A DNA stretch of 64,000 nt from an uncultured archaeon (GCA_000965745.1 CP009479.1:1984001-2048000), one strand, 5' to 3'; shown: positions 1 through 10,231, numbered from the stretch's first letter. Notes: generated by a model not told the origin, from the letters alone. Made by a program: numbers and translations.

Positions 1-65
1 TGCCTGAAGGAGGCAGTGATGTCTGCAATATCAAGCAATAAATAACTACGGTGAGATGAGGTCTC

Positions 66-971
66 ATGGAATCACGCAACATCTTTGTTTACAATTCACC
101 CGACTTTCTTCGCACAGTCTCAAAGAAAGGGACTGAAAGCGACATAACCATACACCACAGGAAGGATGGCGATACCATCACGACCCTCCTTGAACCTTCA
201 AGGTACCCGGAGAAGCTCTCCTCACTCACTGATACTATTTACGTCGCCGATATTGCAATAATAAACGGTGACCAGATAAACAGGGAATTCGGGGAGGTTG
301 TCCTGGCACTGGATCTCATGGGAAAGAGGAAGGGGTACATCCTGATAACAGATGAAGCCAAAAAGGAACAGCTCACGGTGTTGCTCAAAGGAACAGTGGC
401 CGAAAATTATGAATTTTTCTCCGGGAACCCCATGGAGCTTATGGAAAAGATAAATTCCACATCGGTCGAAAGAAGGGAATCAGAAAGGACCGTTGTGATA
501 ATTGACCATTTCTTCAAGGTGAAAAGTGTGGGTACAGTGGCGCTGGGTTTCGTCGTTGAGGGCACTCTGAAAAAGCACCAGAAGCTTTTCCTCTCGGATA
601 GAGAAAAGGAGGCTCAGATTCGGTCCATACAGATGCATGATGAGGATCAGGAACTTGCCCCAGTCGGATCAAGAGTTGGGCTTGCCCTGAAGAACGTTGA
701 CGCAGAGGAGCTTGAGCGTGGAATGTATCTGTCATCTGAAAAGCTTGCCATGTCCGATACGCTTACAATGCCGGAAGTGCATTCAATGGTCAGGAATGCC
801 CCGAAAGATGACATGGAAGTTTTCGTGAGCGATGAGCTAAGATATCAGAGAGGCTTCATGAAGGAAGGAGCCATAAAACTGGAAAGGCCCATTCCTTCAT
901 ACAAGGAGGGGGTAATAGTGGCAAATCCGAACCTCACTCCGAGGATAATAGGCATTTCAAGGTTCAGCTGA
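66..971 (+). CDS. SelB-like / EF-Tu domain protein (archaeal SelB-like, degenerate G domain)
   Basis: EF-Tu domain II motifs 'IIDHFFKVKSVGTVALG', 'IRSIQMHD', 'GSRVGLALKN'. No GxxxxGKT P-loop. GAGGT SD upstream. Confidence 0.8.
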   Translation: MESRNIFVYNSPDFLRTVSKKGTESDITIHHRKDGDTITTLLEPSRYPEKLSSLTDTIYVADIAIINGDQINREFGEVVLALDLMGKRKGYILITDEAKKEQLTVLLKGTVAENYEFFSGNPMELMEKINSTSVERRESERTVVIIDHFFKVKSVGTVALGFVVEGTLKKHQKLFLSDREKEAQIRSIQMHDEDQELAPVGSRVGLALKNVDAEELERGMYLSSEKLAMSDTLTMPEVHSMVRNAPKDDMEVFVSDELRYQRGFMKEGAIKLERPIPSYKEGVIVANPNLTPRIIGISRFS

Positions 972-2259
972 CATTTTCCTTCTTTCTGCGGAGCATTTCC
1001 TCAGTTCCTATGTCATGCCTCATGTAGTAGTTTCCCCTGATTCTCCAGAGGTTTTCCTCAACCCTTGCCGACGCTTCAGGTATGGTGTCTGCCAAGCCAA
1101 CAAGTGCAAGTGCACGCGAGGTGCTCATCTTCACGTTGTTCAATGTGCCGGAAACAGCTGCGTAGTAAACCCTGAAATCATCCGGCTCAGGATCCGTTGA
1201 AATCTCAAGGTCTCCGGGAGTGGGGTTTGAGCCGTAACCTTCCGGAACGACATACTTGAGGACTGATGCCTTTTCCCTGAATTTCATGCTGGCTCTCAAC
1301 TTCCCTTCAACAATTTCATTCATCAGCTCAACAAAATCGTCTTCAAGAAGAGTAAGGACACTGATCCCTTCAGGATCTGCAAACCGTGCATTTATCTCGA
1401 CAATTTTCGGGGAATCGCCAACCTGCATGAACTGGCCGTAAATTACACCCTTGAAAGGATTGCCTTCATCTTTCATGTGGAATACGATCCTTCTTATGAT
1501 CTCCAGGGCTTCTTCAGCCACAGTCTGCTTAATGAATGGAAGCCCGCCGTTTGAGTCTGAAATTGCCCCCATTCCGCCGGTGTTGGGCCCCTCGTCATTC
1601 TCGTACGCCCTCTTGAAGTCCTGGACTATGGGGAACGGAGCAATATTTGTTCCATCTGAAAGGACCTGCAGTGAGAATTCTTCACCCTGTATTCTCTCTT
1701 CAAGAATCACCGCGCCATCCTTTTCAATCACACTGGCAGCATAGGAAACAGCCTCCTCTTTGGTATGCAGCTGGACTCCCATGACTCGGACGCCCTTTCC
1801 ACCCGTCAGTCCTATTGGCTTAATCGCATATTCCTTGCCAGATTTTTCAAGAAGGCCCGCTATCTCACTTTGCTCTGTAATGACTTTGAACTCGATGTTT
1901 CCGGGGATGGAGTTCCTTTCCACAAACTTCCTCATGAACTCCTTCGACGTTTCTAGCCTTGCAGCCTCGTAGGATGGGGATGCAACCCTGATGCCTTCCT
2001 CTTCAAGCCTGTCAACCAGTTTGGTGTTTAACACCGGATCTGGTCCCACGAAGGCAAGGTCCACACCACTTTCAAGCGCGAATTTGAGGATCGAGTCAAC
2101 ATCGAGCTCATCATGGATGAACGCTTTCCGGCTCACTGAGAAAATAGAAGGGTTCCGGTTCTTCATGACTGAGTACAGTTCAGCTCCGGAGGAGAGGATC
2201 TTCCTGGCAATGGCGTCTTCCCTTCCTCCTCCACCAACAAGTAATACCTTATTCTTCAT
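964..2259 (-). CDS. purD: Phosphoribosylamine--glycine ligase
   Basis: 'VLLVGGGGREDA', 'AARLETSK', 'GLTGGKGV', 'GPNTGGMGA', 'EINARFADPE'. Start placed at MKNKV (2268 also possible). Confidence 0.95.
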   Translation of the reverse strand: MKNKVLLVGGGGREDAIARKILSSGAELYSVMKNRNPSIFSVSRKAFIHDELDVDSILKFALESGVDLAFVGPDPVLNTKLVDRLEEEGIRVASPSYEAARLETSKEFMRKFVERNSIPGNIEFKVITEQSEIAGLLEKSGKEYAIKPIGLTGGKGVRVMGVQLHTKEEAVSYAASVIEKDGAVILEERIQGEEFSLQVLSDGTNIAPFPIVQDFKRAYENDEGPNTGGMGAISDSNGGLPFIKQTVAEEALEIIRRIVFHMKDEGNPFKGVIYGQFMQVGDSPKIVEINARFADPEGISVLTLLEDDFVELMNEIVEGKLRASMKFREKASVLKYVVPEGYGSNPTPGDLEISTDPEPDDFRVYYAAVSGTLNNVKMSTSRALALVGLADTIPEASARVEENLWRIRGNYYMRHDIGTEEMLRRKKENVS

Positions 2260-2749
2260 TGTGATCATCGACGCTATTTTTGACAAGGGACTGTAATTTC
2301 CCCTTGCTGATATCGAAGTATTCATAAAATTTTTTAGTTACGTTGTACAACTCTGTATTGCGGAACTTGCGTGAATAGATCATCCCCTTCCTTTTAAGGC
2401 TCTCAACATACTCAGGGTATCTTGTGCCAACATTGATCTTAAGATCACCCTTCTTGGAATCTGGGTTCATGGCGACAAAACCGAGTGTCTGGAGTTCCTG
2501 CCCGGTAAATTCACGCTCCGAAACTGACCTGACATCCTGCACATATTCCTTCCTGAGCTGGAGTTTATAACGGAATCCGTTTCTGACGACCTCCAGGGCG
2601 GAGTTGTTTTTGTTATACTCCCGGTTCAGTTTTTTCAGGGCTTTTATGACATCATCCTTGTCCGCGGAAAGCATTATCGCCATGTCGGATATCGAAATCG
2701 GAGACTCTGTAGCATAGAGAAGTGCTTCAACCCTCGGTTTGATATCCAT
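2249..2749 (-). CDS. scpB: SMC-Scp complex subunit ScpB
   Basis: 'RVEALLYATESPIS' N-terminus, 'LYNVTKKFYEYF' C-terminal motif. Confidence 0.85.
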   Translation of the reverse strand: MDIKPRVEALLYATESPISISDMAIMLSADKDDVIKALKKLNREYNKNNSALEVVRNGFRYKLQLRKEYVQDVRSVSEREFTGQELQTLGFVAMNPDSKKGDLKINVGTRYPEYVESLKRKGMIYSRKFRNTELYNVTKKFYEYFDISKGKLQSLVKNSVDDHNEE

Positions 2750-3024
2750 TATTAGATTTATAGCTCTTAAATATTAAACTCTTTTGAATTTTTTAGAAAT
2801 GCTTAAGATTCCTTCTTGCGCTAAAGTGCACAGGTAACCATAAAAGCCGGATAAGGAAGAGCAAACCAACCCAACAGAACTGCGAGCCAGCCGGCATTTT
2901 CCGGCAGAGATTCTTCATGCATTACGGATAGGCGGAAGCCGGAAGAGCATCAGGACAGGATTTCAGGATTCTTATTGCCTTTGCCAGGACATAAGGTAAA
3001 ATATGGGGGAAATATCCCAATCAG

Positions 3025-4368
3025 ATGAGCGAACAAGTGTTCGGTTCCAGGAAGGAGGATGAATCTCAGCTTTACGGTGAAACCGAAATTCATGAGTCCG
3101 GGAGGACAGAAAAAGAGATCTCGACATTCTACCTCTGGTTTGCCTCCAATCTCACCATTGCAGATTTTGCATTGGGATTCCTGCCCATTGAGTTTGGAAT
3201 GAGCATAACAAGCAGCATTATTGCACTTGCCATAGGCAACATCGCAGGTGGAATACTTCTTGCTCTGATGAGCACCATGGGCCCCAAGGCAGGGTTCCCG
3301 CAGATGATTATCGGGATGAAGCCGATGGGCCGGCTCCCGGGAAGAATCATGTCGGTGCTTCAGTGGAGCAATACCGGAGGCTGGCTGACTGTTAATATAG
3401 TCATAGCTTCACTGGCACTTACCACAGCCTTTTCAGGGCTCAATTACATACTTTCCATTGCCCTTTCTGTTGTGGTAGTTGCAATAGCTGCCTTTCTGGG
3501 AGGAAAGGCGATTCACAGGTTTGAAAGAATTATGTCATTCGTCCTGGGCATTATGTTCGCCTTTGTAACAATATTCTCTCTCTCAAAGATGAACGTCCTC
3601 GCTTCATACAGCCCGTCACACGTACTGCCGGAGTATGCAGCCTTCGGAACAACAGTAGCGGTATCGTTCTCATACATCATGTCATGGAGCCCGTACGCTT
3701 CTGATTACTCGAGATACATATCCTCGAGGAAGTCCGGCAGGAAGGTATTTGCATACACCTTTATAGGCGGCGCTGTAGCCTCATTCTGGCTTGAGGCGGC
3801 CGGACTTCTGGTGGCCATAATCAGTGGAAGGCCTTCAGGCAATCCGGCCGGAGACCTCAACTCAATACTTGGCGGATTTGGGGTCATTGGAATGCTTGCC
3901 CTGTTTCTCGGCGGCCTTTCTGCCAACTCCCTTAACCTTTACTCCAATTCAGTGTCACTCAAGGCAGTAGGGGTCAAGATGAAGAGAACAACCCTGGTCG
4001 TCATCGTTTCCATTATAGTGATGGCCCTTGCAATAATAGGATACGTGACATTTTACGACTTTTATGAGACTTTCCTGCTCATACTGGATTACTGGATAAC
4101 CCCGTGGATTGGGGTTGTTGCTGCTGATTTCTTCATTGCCAACAGAGGGAAGAAGTTCAGTCTGTCCTCAATAGTTCCAGTGAACAGAACAGGTGTGGCA
4201 TCATACATTGTCGCAATACTGGTATCAGTTCCATTCATGAACCCTCCTGTGAACTTCATAGGCCCGATTGCACAGCTTCTGGGCGGTGTTGATATCAGTT
4301 ACTTCGTTTCCTTCGGAGTTGCAGTACTGCTCTACACCGGATTAAGCAAGAGGCATGAGAGCAATTAA
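3025..4368 (+). CDS. Purine-cytosine permease (NCS1 family)
   Basis: About 12 TM helices; 'LWFASNL', 'SWSPYASDYSRY', 'NSLNLYS'. Confidence 0.9.
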   Translation: MSEQVFGSRKEDESQLYGETEIHESGRTEKEISTFYLWFASNLTIADFALGFLPIEFGMSITSSIIALAIGNIAGGILLALMSTMGPKAGFPQMIIGMKPMGRLPGRIMSVLQWSNTGGWLTVNIVIASLALTTAFSGLNYILSIALSVVVVAIAAFLGGKAIHRFERIMSFVLGIMFAFVTIFSLSKMNVLASYSPSHVLPEYAAFGTTVAVSFSYIMSWSPYASDYSRYISSRKSGRKVFAYTFIGGAVASFWLEAAGLLVAIISGRPSGNPAGDLNSILGGFGVIGMLALFLGGLSANSLNLYSNSVSLKAVGVKMKRTTLVVIVSIIVMALAIIGYVTFYDFYETFLLILDYWITPWIGVVAADFFIANRGKKFSLSSIVPVNRTGVASYIVAILVSVPFMNPPVNFIGPIAQLLGGVDISYFVSFGVAVLLYTGLSKRHESN

Positions 4369-4391
4369 TACAACCTGTTCGATCCACAGGC

Positions 4392-4862
4392 ATGGTGATC
4401 CTGCGGGACGGTGAAATAGAAGAGCTTGTGGCTAAAGGGCAGCTCATCTCATCCTCATACAGGAAGGAAAATCTTACCCCAAACGGTTATGATCTCACAA
4501 TAAACTCTGTAAGGGTGGATGGAGAAGAATCTGGCCGGGAAGAAGCGGCAGTGGGCCCCCACTCAGTTTTCTGGGTCTCAACATCTGAGACGATCAGCAT
4601 GCCGGAAAATATTGGTGGAAAAATATGGATCAGGTCCAGCTATGCCAGGAAGGGAATTTTTGGCTCGTTCGGGTTCGTGGATGCGGGGTTCAGGGGTACA
4701 CTGACACTGGCATTTTTCAACGGATCATCGAAGGAAGTAAATATATCAAGAGGGAACACAATCGCCCAGATTACTTTTCTGAGGATGGACGGAAATGCTG
4801 AACTTGCTTATGAAAAACGTTCAGGCAACTACCAGGGCCAGACCGATATAAAGCTAAAATAA
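4392..4862 (+). CDS. dcd: dCTP deaminase (trimeric dUTPase fold)
   Basis: 'PNGYDL', 'RSSYARKG', 'VDAGFRGTLTL', 'GNYQGQ'. Confidence 0.85.
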   Translation: MVILRDGEIEELVAKGQLISSSYRKENLTPNGYDLTINSVRVDGEESGREEAAVGPHSVFWVSTSETISMPENIGGKIWIRSSYARKGIFGSFGFVDAGFRGTLTLAFFNGSSKEVNISRGNTIAQITFLRMDGNAELAYEKRSGNYQGQTDIKLK

Positions 4863-4881
4863 TGCTGTCTGATACCAATGA

Positions 4882-5310
4882 TTGAAAATGGGGATAAGAG
4901 ACGTCAAATTCAGCTGTGAACGCGAAAGCAAAGCTTCTCCCGAAAAGGTATGGAAAATTCTTTCATCATGGGAGAGAACTACGGAATTCTGGAAAGGGAC
5001 AGGGGAGATAACAAGGACAGGGGAGGATACTTTTCAGGTCAGGTTCGCCTTCCCGGGCACGGCAAAAATGAGAATACTTCTCGACAAGCCCGGGATGTCC
5101 GTGACAGAGAAGTATCTGAGCGGCCCGTTCAAGGGAACGAAGAGGACCACCATAACTACAGACAACGGATCCACAAGGATGAAAACTGAGTGGAACGTCG
5201 TTCTGTCACCGATGCTTATGTTCGGGAAATCATCCATACAGAAGCATTTTAACGAAGGAACAGAGAACGCGCTGAAAAGAATAGCAGACACATCGGAACA
5301 AACCCCCTGA
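4882..5310 (+). CDS. SRPBCC/START-like protein
   Basis: 'ASPEKVWKILSSWE' N-terminal signature, 'GPFKG', C-terminal helix. Confidence 0.7.
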   Translation: MKMGIRDVKFSCERESKASPEKVWKILSSWERTTEFWKGTGEITRTGEDTFQVRFAFPGTAKMRILLDKPGMSVTEKYLSGPFKGTKRTTITTDNGSTRMKTEWNVVLSPMLMFGKSSIQKHFNEGTENALKRIADTSEQTP

Positions 5311-5313
5311 AAA

Positions 5314-6246
5314 TTAACGGATAGGGAGGATCTCGTTTCTTTTTGGTACCTCGTACTCGAGAAGTTCCCTGCTGAGCTCGGAGTTTCCAAAAATTTTCAT
5401 GGATTCCTCGAGCATCACATTTAAGTCAGGCACCCGTGGGCTGTAGTGGAAAAGGAAAAATTTCCTCACTCCCGCATCCCTTGCTATCTCCGCGGCCTGC
5501 CTCGAGGAGGTATGGCCGAACTCATTAACTGTTGGTTCAAATGAAGAGTCCGTTGTGGTGTCGTGAATCAGGACGTCTGCGTCTTTTGCAAATTCCTTCA
5601 TGGATTCCATGGGCCTCGTATCACCGGTATAAACGATTTTCCTGCCCTTTCTTATGCCCTTTGCAACTTCCTGAATGGTAACAGTGCTTCCATTGAAGAC
5701 TATGGTGCCGTTCTGGCGAAGTTCCTCGAGCCTCGTAGATGGAATCTTGAGCCTGTCAGCGGCCTCCTTGTCTATCTTTATCAGATCCTTTTCCTCAACG
5801 GAATATGAAAGGGCAGGAACAGGATGGTCATTCCAGTGGGTCCTGACAACGAATTTGTCAAAATCGTAACTCTTGTCGGGGTAAAGCTGGTAGACTTTCA
5901 CATCAAAACCAAGAGTGTAGTACCCGACATTGAGTGCATTGGAGAGTATCCTTATGGCTCCGGGTGGGCCATAAATATTGAGCGGCTCAGTCCTGTTGTT
6001 GAAGGACATGCTCTGTATGAGTCCAAGGAGGCCAAGAAAATGGTCTCCGTGAAAGTGTGTTATGAAAACATTGTTTATTCTCATGAACGATAGCTTGCTC
6101 TTCATTATCTGCTTCTGTGTCCCTTCTCCGCAGTCAAAGAGGTTCATGATCTCGTCGATCTGTATTGCCAGTGAGGGCATCCCTCTTCTCGGAACCGGCC
6201 ACGATCCGCCTGTGCCAAGGAAAGTTATCTTGATGTTGGAGACCAT
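5314..6246 (-). CDS. rnz: Ribonuclease Z
   Basis: 'FLGTGG', 'DCGEGTQ', 'THFHGDH', 'YTGDT', 'FHYSPR'. Confidence 0.95.
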   Translation of the reverse strand: MVSNIKITFLGTGGSWPVPRRGMPSLAIQIDEIMNLFDCGEGTQKQIMKSKLSFMRINNVFITHFHGDHFLGLLGLIQSMSFNNRTEPLNIYGPPGAIRILSNALNVGYYTLGFDVKVYQLYPDKSYDFDKFVVRTHWNDHPVPALSYSVEEKDLIKIDKEAADRLKIPSTRLEELRQNGTIVFNGSTVTIQEVAKGIRKGRKIVYTGDTRPMESMKEFAKDADVLIHDTTTDSSFEPTVNEFGHTSSRQAAEIARDAGVRKFFLFHYSPRVPDLNVMLEESMKIFGNSELSRELLEYEVPKRNEILPIR

Positions 6247-6293
6247 CGCTTTCAGTCTGGAATGTGTGACTGATATATTTTACTTGGGCAATA

Positions 6294-6746
6294 TCAGCTC
6301 TTCGAGCTTTGGACATCCCTGGTTCCAGGGGCTCCATAGTACCCGAAGTTGCGCTTTATCCTTTCAACTTCGGAGGGAAGCTCCTCGACAGTGGCAATTG
6401 GAGACCGCTTGCAGAGGTATTCCCAGAGGTAGGTGTCGGCCTTTACACCGGAACTGACAAGATAGTTCTGAATTTTTTTCTTAAGAGTTTTTCCCTTTCT
6501 GTCAAAATCAGTCAGAATTATTATCTCACTGTATTCTTCTGCCAGGTTTTCTGAAAAATTCAGGATGCTCGATCCTGAATTCACATGAACAATCTTGCCC
6601 GTGAAATCTATGCTCCTCAAGCAGGAGATGTCATTCCTCCCCTCAACAACGATAGGCACGGACTCATTCTTCATTCTGTACTGTTCAAGAATGGAAAAAA
6701 CTCTTGGTTCTGCCAGAGCCATTGTATTTGTCAACTCAATTACCAT
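6294..6746 (-). CDS. Small TOPRIM-domain protein
   Basis: 'IVVEGRND' and 'ILTDFDRKG' TOPRIM motifs. Start uncertain. Confidence 0.85.
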   Translation of the reverse strand: MVIELTNTMALAEPRVFSILEQYRMKNESVPIVVEGRNDISCLRSIDFTGKIVHVNSGSSILNFSENLAEEYSEIIILTDFDRKGKTLKKKIQNYLVSSGVKADTYLWEYLCKRSPIATVEELPSEVERIKRNFGYYGAPGTRDVQSSKS

Positions 6747-6766
6747 AGATAAATGTTCTCATTCTT

Positions 6767-9493
6767 TCAATCCCAGAACCTTCTGTTTCTGGCAAAATCC
6801 ATTTCTGCGGTGAGGATGGCCCGGACAAAGTCCTCATCACTCGTGTAACTGACTTCTAGAAGCCTCGAGCCTGTCTCAGGCCCTATTCCCCTTGCGGCCA
6901 TTACCATGACTGCCTTCATCCCCCTCTCCCTTACCAGGTGTGCATTCTTTATGAGCCTGTTTCTTGTCTTGACTGCCTCCCTGCTGTCGCCTTCCGCTTT
7001 GCTCAGCAGGTCCCTTTCGAATGGCGAGAGTGAGGCAACAAGATAACTCCCGCAATTCGGGCATTTTATAGTTTCAATGTCGCGTATACGCTGCGTCCTG
7101 ACATTTCTGCACCTGGTGCAGTAGAGAGTAACCTCCTCATTCTGTATCCTCTTGTGAACCGACTCAAGAATAGTCTTTGTCGGCTTGAGCGGAGAAACAC
7201 GCTCAGAATAATGAGACAGGAAAACTTTGGAGGACTCGGACATTCCATCCTTCAGTACAAACTCTATGTCGTCAGGGAGCCGTTTCATGAAGTGGGAGAG
7301 CGACTCAATGTCCATGTAGTCCGACATGAGCTTTCTTATGGCGTCCCTGTAAACAGGTGTGTCATGGTAGGCATCAACGATCTTCTCAAATCTCAGTCTC
7401 CCTATGTCTGCATCATTGCTGATGATGCTGAACTTCTTTGCCTCATAGAGGAATACAGATGAGAAAAACCTCGATCTCCTGGCAGTTCCAAGTATGTAGG
7501 ACTCAATCATCTCAGGCTTGATGCCGAGTATGATGTTCCTCATGTCCTCGGCCTTTATCTTTCTGGAACTTCTCATGTAGATATGGTAAGGGGAATAGTC
7601 GACTTCCACGCTCTCGCCGGTGATTGACGCGACAAGGCTGGAAAGGATTTCCGCAAGTGCGAAATTCGCCCGTGTACCCAGAAGTACCTGTATTATTGTC
7701 TCTGATCCGTATGATTCGATAATCACCTGGTCAAGGGTTGCGGGGTCCTTGTCATACCAGTCAAGTATACTGCTTCTGGAGTTTTCCGCTACTTCATCAG
7801 TCACTATCCTGTTCTTCCTGTTATGGGAAACCATTTCTGTAACATCGGGCAGGACCGGTATCTCCTCCCCTGACCACTTTGGGGCTATTGCCGCCGTTGA
7901 GAATGGCTCGACCAGGATCTTTTCCTCATCCAGCCTGATAGTCCTCCAGGTCATCCCCTTCATCACAAAGTATGTCCCGGGTTCTATCTCGTTTATCACA
8001 TACCGTTCATCCAGAGTCCCAATGAACTTCCTGTTTATTGTATCTATGACTTTGTAGTTCTTCTCACTGGGGATCATCGATATGTTCTCGATGTAATACC
8101 TCAAAACACCCCTTTTCTTGCCTATGGTATCGTCCTGGATCCAGATCTTGTTTATTGAAGCAAGGAAATCCAGGAGATCGTCGAATTCCGCCTCTGTGAG
8201 AGTCCTGAAGGGGTACGCGGAAGTTATGATGTTGAACATGTCCTTCCTGTTGATCCTGCCCCTGAAGTACAGCTCGTTAATGATCTGGTTTGCCACCGTT
8301 GCAAGGGAGTTCCGGCGGATCAAAATGTCTTCAAGATGCCCTCCCTTTATGTGGGAAACGATAGCCATTGCCTCCTCCAGCTCAATAATGTCGCTGCAGA
8401 TTATGTACCCCTTGGACACCTTGCCTATCCAGTGCCCTGATCTCCCGATCCTCTGGATAAGTTTATTGATCTGCCTTGATGAATTAAACTGTATCACCAG
8501 ATCGGCGGACCCTATGTCTATGCCAAGTTCGAGAGATGAAGTGCAGATGAGAGCCTTTATCTTGCCAGCTTTGAATTCCTGCTCGGCTGTTTCCCTCGTG
8601 GCCTTCGAAAGGGAGCCATGGTGGACTTGAACCGACGGGTTGTCAAGAAGAAGCCTGAGGCGGAATGCAATGTCTTCCGCAACACTTCTGGTGTTGACGA
8701 AAACTAATGTTCCATTATGCTGTTCTATCAGTGACCAGATGAAGGTGATAGCCCCCGCATACGACTGATCACATCCCATTACCTCTGCATCCTGCTCAGA
8801 CGAGTCGGGTGGTATGATAAGAGTGACATCCAGTTTCTTCTCTATGTCTGTCCGTATAATCTCGACCGGATCTGACGGGGAAAGAAACCTGGAGAGTTCA
8901 CCGGAATTGCCGACAGTCGCTGACAGTCCAATTCTCTGGAAATTCCCTGCCACATCCTTCAGCCTCTCCATAGCAATTGCAAACTGGGACCCGCGCTCAT
9001 TCTGTGCAGCTTCATGCAGCTCGTCAACAACAACGTACTTCACGTTGCTGATCACCTCCCTCAGCCTCTTGCCGTTGAGAAGGATCTGAAGTGATTCCGG
9101 TGTCGTTATAAGGATGTCTGCGGGGTGTGTGACAATCTTCCTGCGGTCTGCACTTGATACATCACTGTGCCTGACCTGGGTTCGTATACCGAGCTCTTTT
9201 CCATACTCTATCAGGCGTCCGAGCATATCCCTGTTTAGGGCTCTGAGGGGAGTAATATAAAGAGTCGATATCGGCTTTGGCTTTTCTGAAAGGATCTTGT
9301 GGAAAATTGGCAGAATAGCCGCTTCAGTTTTCCCGCTTCCCGTGGGTGAAAGAAGCAGGGCATTCTTGCCCTCCAGAACGGTTGGTATCATTCTTTCCTG
9401 AGCTCCAGTGGGCTCGGATATGCCGTTGGCTGTAAGCATCCGTATTATTCGTATGTCCAGATTGTCAAAGGAAGATTCCATTCCAAGTTTCAT
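6767..9493 (-). CDS. lhr: Lhr-family SF2 helicase
   Basis: 'SPTGSGKT', 'PLRALNRD', 'TTPES', 'DELH', 'LSAT', 'TSSLELGIDIG', 'QRIGRSGH'; C-terminal CxxC...CxxC. Confidence 0.92.
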   Translation of the reverse strand: MKLGMESSFDNLDIRIIRMLTANGISEPTGAQERMIPTVLEGKNALLLSPTGSGKTEAAILPIFHKILSEKPKPISTLYITPLRALNRDMLGRLIEYGKELGIRTQVRHSDVSSADRRKIVTHPADILITTPESLQILLNGKRLREVISNVKYVVVDELHEAAQNERGSQFAIAMERLKDVAGNFQRIGLSATVGNSGELSRFLSPSDPVEIIRTDIEKKLDVTLIIPPDSSEQDAEVMGCDQSYAGAITFIWSLIEQHNGTLVFVNTRSVAEDIAFRLRLLLDNPSVQVHHGSLSKATRETAEQEFKAGKIKALICTSSLELGIDIGSADLVIQFNSSRQINKLIQRIGRSGHWIGKVSKGYIICSDIIELEEAMAIVSHIKGGHLEDILIRRNSLATVANQIINELYFRGRINRKDMFNIITSAYPFRTLTEAEFDDLLDFLASINKIWIQDDTIGKKRGVLRYYIENISMIPSEKNYKVIDTINRKFIGTLDERYVINEIEPGTYFVMKGMTWRTIRLDEEKILVEPFSTAAIAPKWSGEEIPVLPDVTEMVSHNRKNRIVTDEVAENSRSSILDWYDKDPATLDQVIIESYGSETIIQVLLGTRANFALAEILSSLVASITGESVEVDYSPYHIYMRSSRKIKAEDMRNIILGIKPEMIESYILGTARRSRFFSSVFLYEAKKFSIISNDADIGRLRFEKIVDAYHDTPVYRDAIRKLMSDYMDIESLSHFMKRLPDDIEFVLKDGMSESSKVFLSHYSERVSPLKPTKTILESVHKRIQNEEVTLYCTRCRNVRTQRIRDIETIKCPNCGSYLVASLSPFERDLLSKAEGDSREAVKTRNRLIKNAHLVRERGMKAVMVMAARGIGPETGSRLLEVSYTSDEDFVRAILTAEMDFARNRRFWD

Positions 9494-9680
9494 TCCCGTT
9501 ATCGGTAGTGTCAGGTGAGCTGAACTCTTGCTATATTCAAGATTGGTATAAATTCTAGGCTATTTCAAATTGCTCATATCAATGGTAAAACACACATTCT
9601 TGACCCGGTACCTGGAGAATCCCGGGCTGATAATATGACACAGGATGCTCCAGGCACATCTCAAAAAAAATCAATTCTCA

Positions 9681-9749
9681 CTATAAATCATCGTCGTCGT
9701 CATTATCTTCATCATCGTCGTAATCTCTTCTCTTAATGAAGCTCAACAA
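9681..9749 (-). CDS. Putative 22-aa Asp-rich microprotein MLSFIKRRDYDDDEDNDDDDDL
   Basis: TTG start 7 nt after GGAGGTG (9763-9757); TATAAATA at 9793-9786; T8 tract just after the stop. Too short for the ORF track. Confidence 0.55.
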   Translation of the reverse strand: MLSFIKRRDYDDDEDNDDDDDL

Positions 9750-9924
9750 GTGAGAACACCTCCAGATTAACTTAACTTCAACCGATATTTATACTTTGCA
9801 GAGGAACAGTTGCACTACATTCAAAATGAGGAATAATAATGGGGTCAGACTTTCCTGCAATACATTGTTATCCGACAAATAGGGATAAAGTCTAATATAT
9901 GGTTATCAATAACCCGACGATATT

Positions 9925-10086
9925 ATGACCGACAAGCTCGCTGAAGTTGAAATATCAAAAGAAGGAGAGACATATTATGCAACTATCACCCTTACATCGG
10001 GTGAGGTTATAACGCTAGAAAACGAGGATTTTGAAGAGGTCATTGAGCAGGTGGCAAATGATCTGCAGGACAGATATGGATCCTGA
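9925..10086 (+). CDS. 53-aa acidic hypothetical protein (MTDKLAEVEISKEGETYYATITL...QDRYGS)
   Basis: Read by eye. AT-rich TATA-like element about 25 nt upstream (leaderless); protein-like beta-beta-beta-alpha pattern. Confidence 0.7.
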   Translation: MTDKLAEVEISKEGETYYATITLTSGEVITLENEDFEEVIEQVANDLQDRYGS

Positions 10087-10168
10087 GCGAGGATGGCCCA
10101 GTGGTACGGCGGCAGCCTGCTAAGCTGTTTCTCTTATGAGATCGGGGGTTCGAGTCCCCCTCCTCGCG
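10087..10168 (+). tRNA. tRNA-Ser(GCT)
   Basis: GCGAGGA/TCCTCGC acceptor stem, anticodon loop CT-GCT-AA, long variable arm, GTTCGAGTCC. Confidence 0.95.
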
Positions 10169-10231
10169 CTTGCCAATCTTCATTCCGGGAAACAGGTTGC
10201 ATTTAGGGCCGACCTTGAATGAGTTTTCGTT

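Noticed and set aside
2750-3024. Possible TPP riboswitch before the NCS1 permease (known in Thermoplasmatales)
   Set aside because: No CTGAGA core or P4/P5 consensus on either strand.
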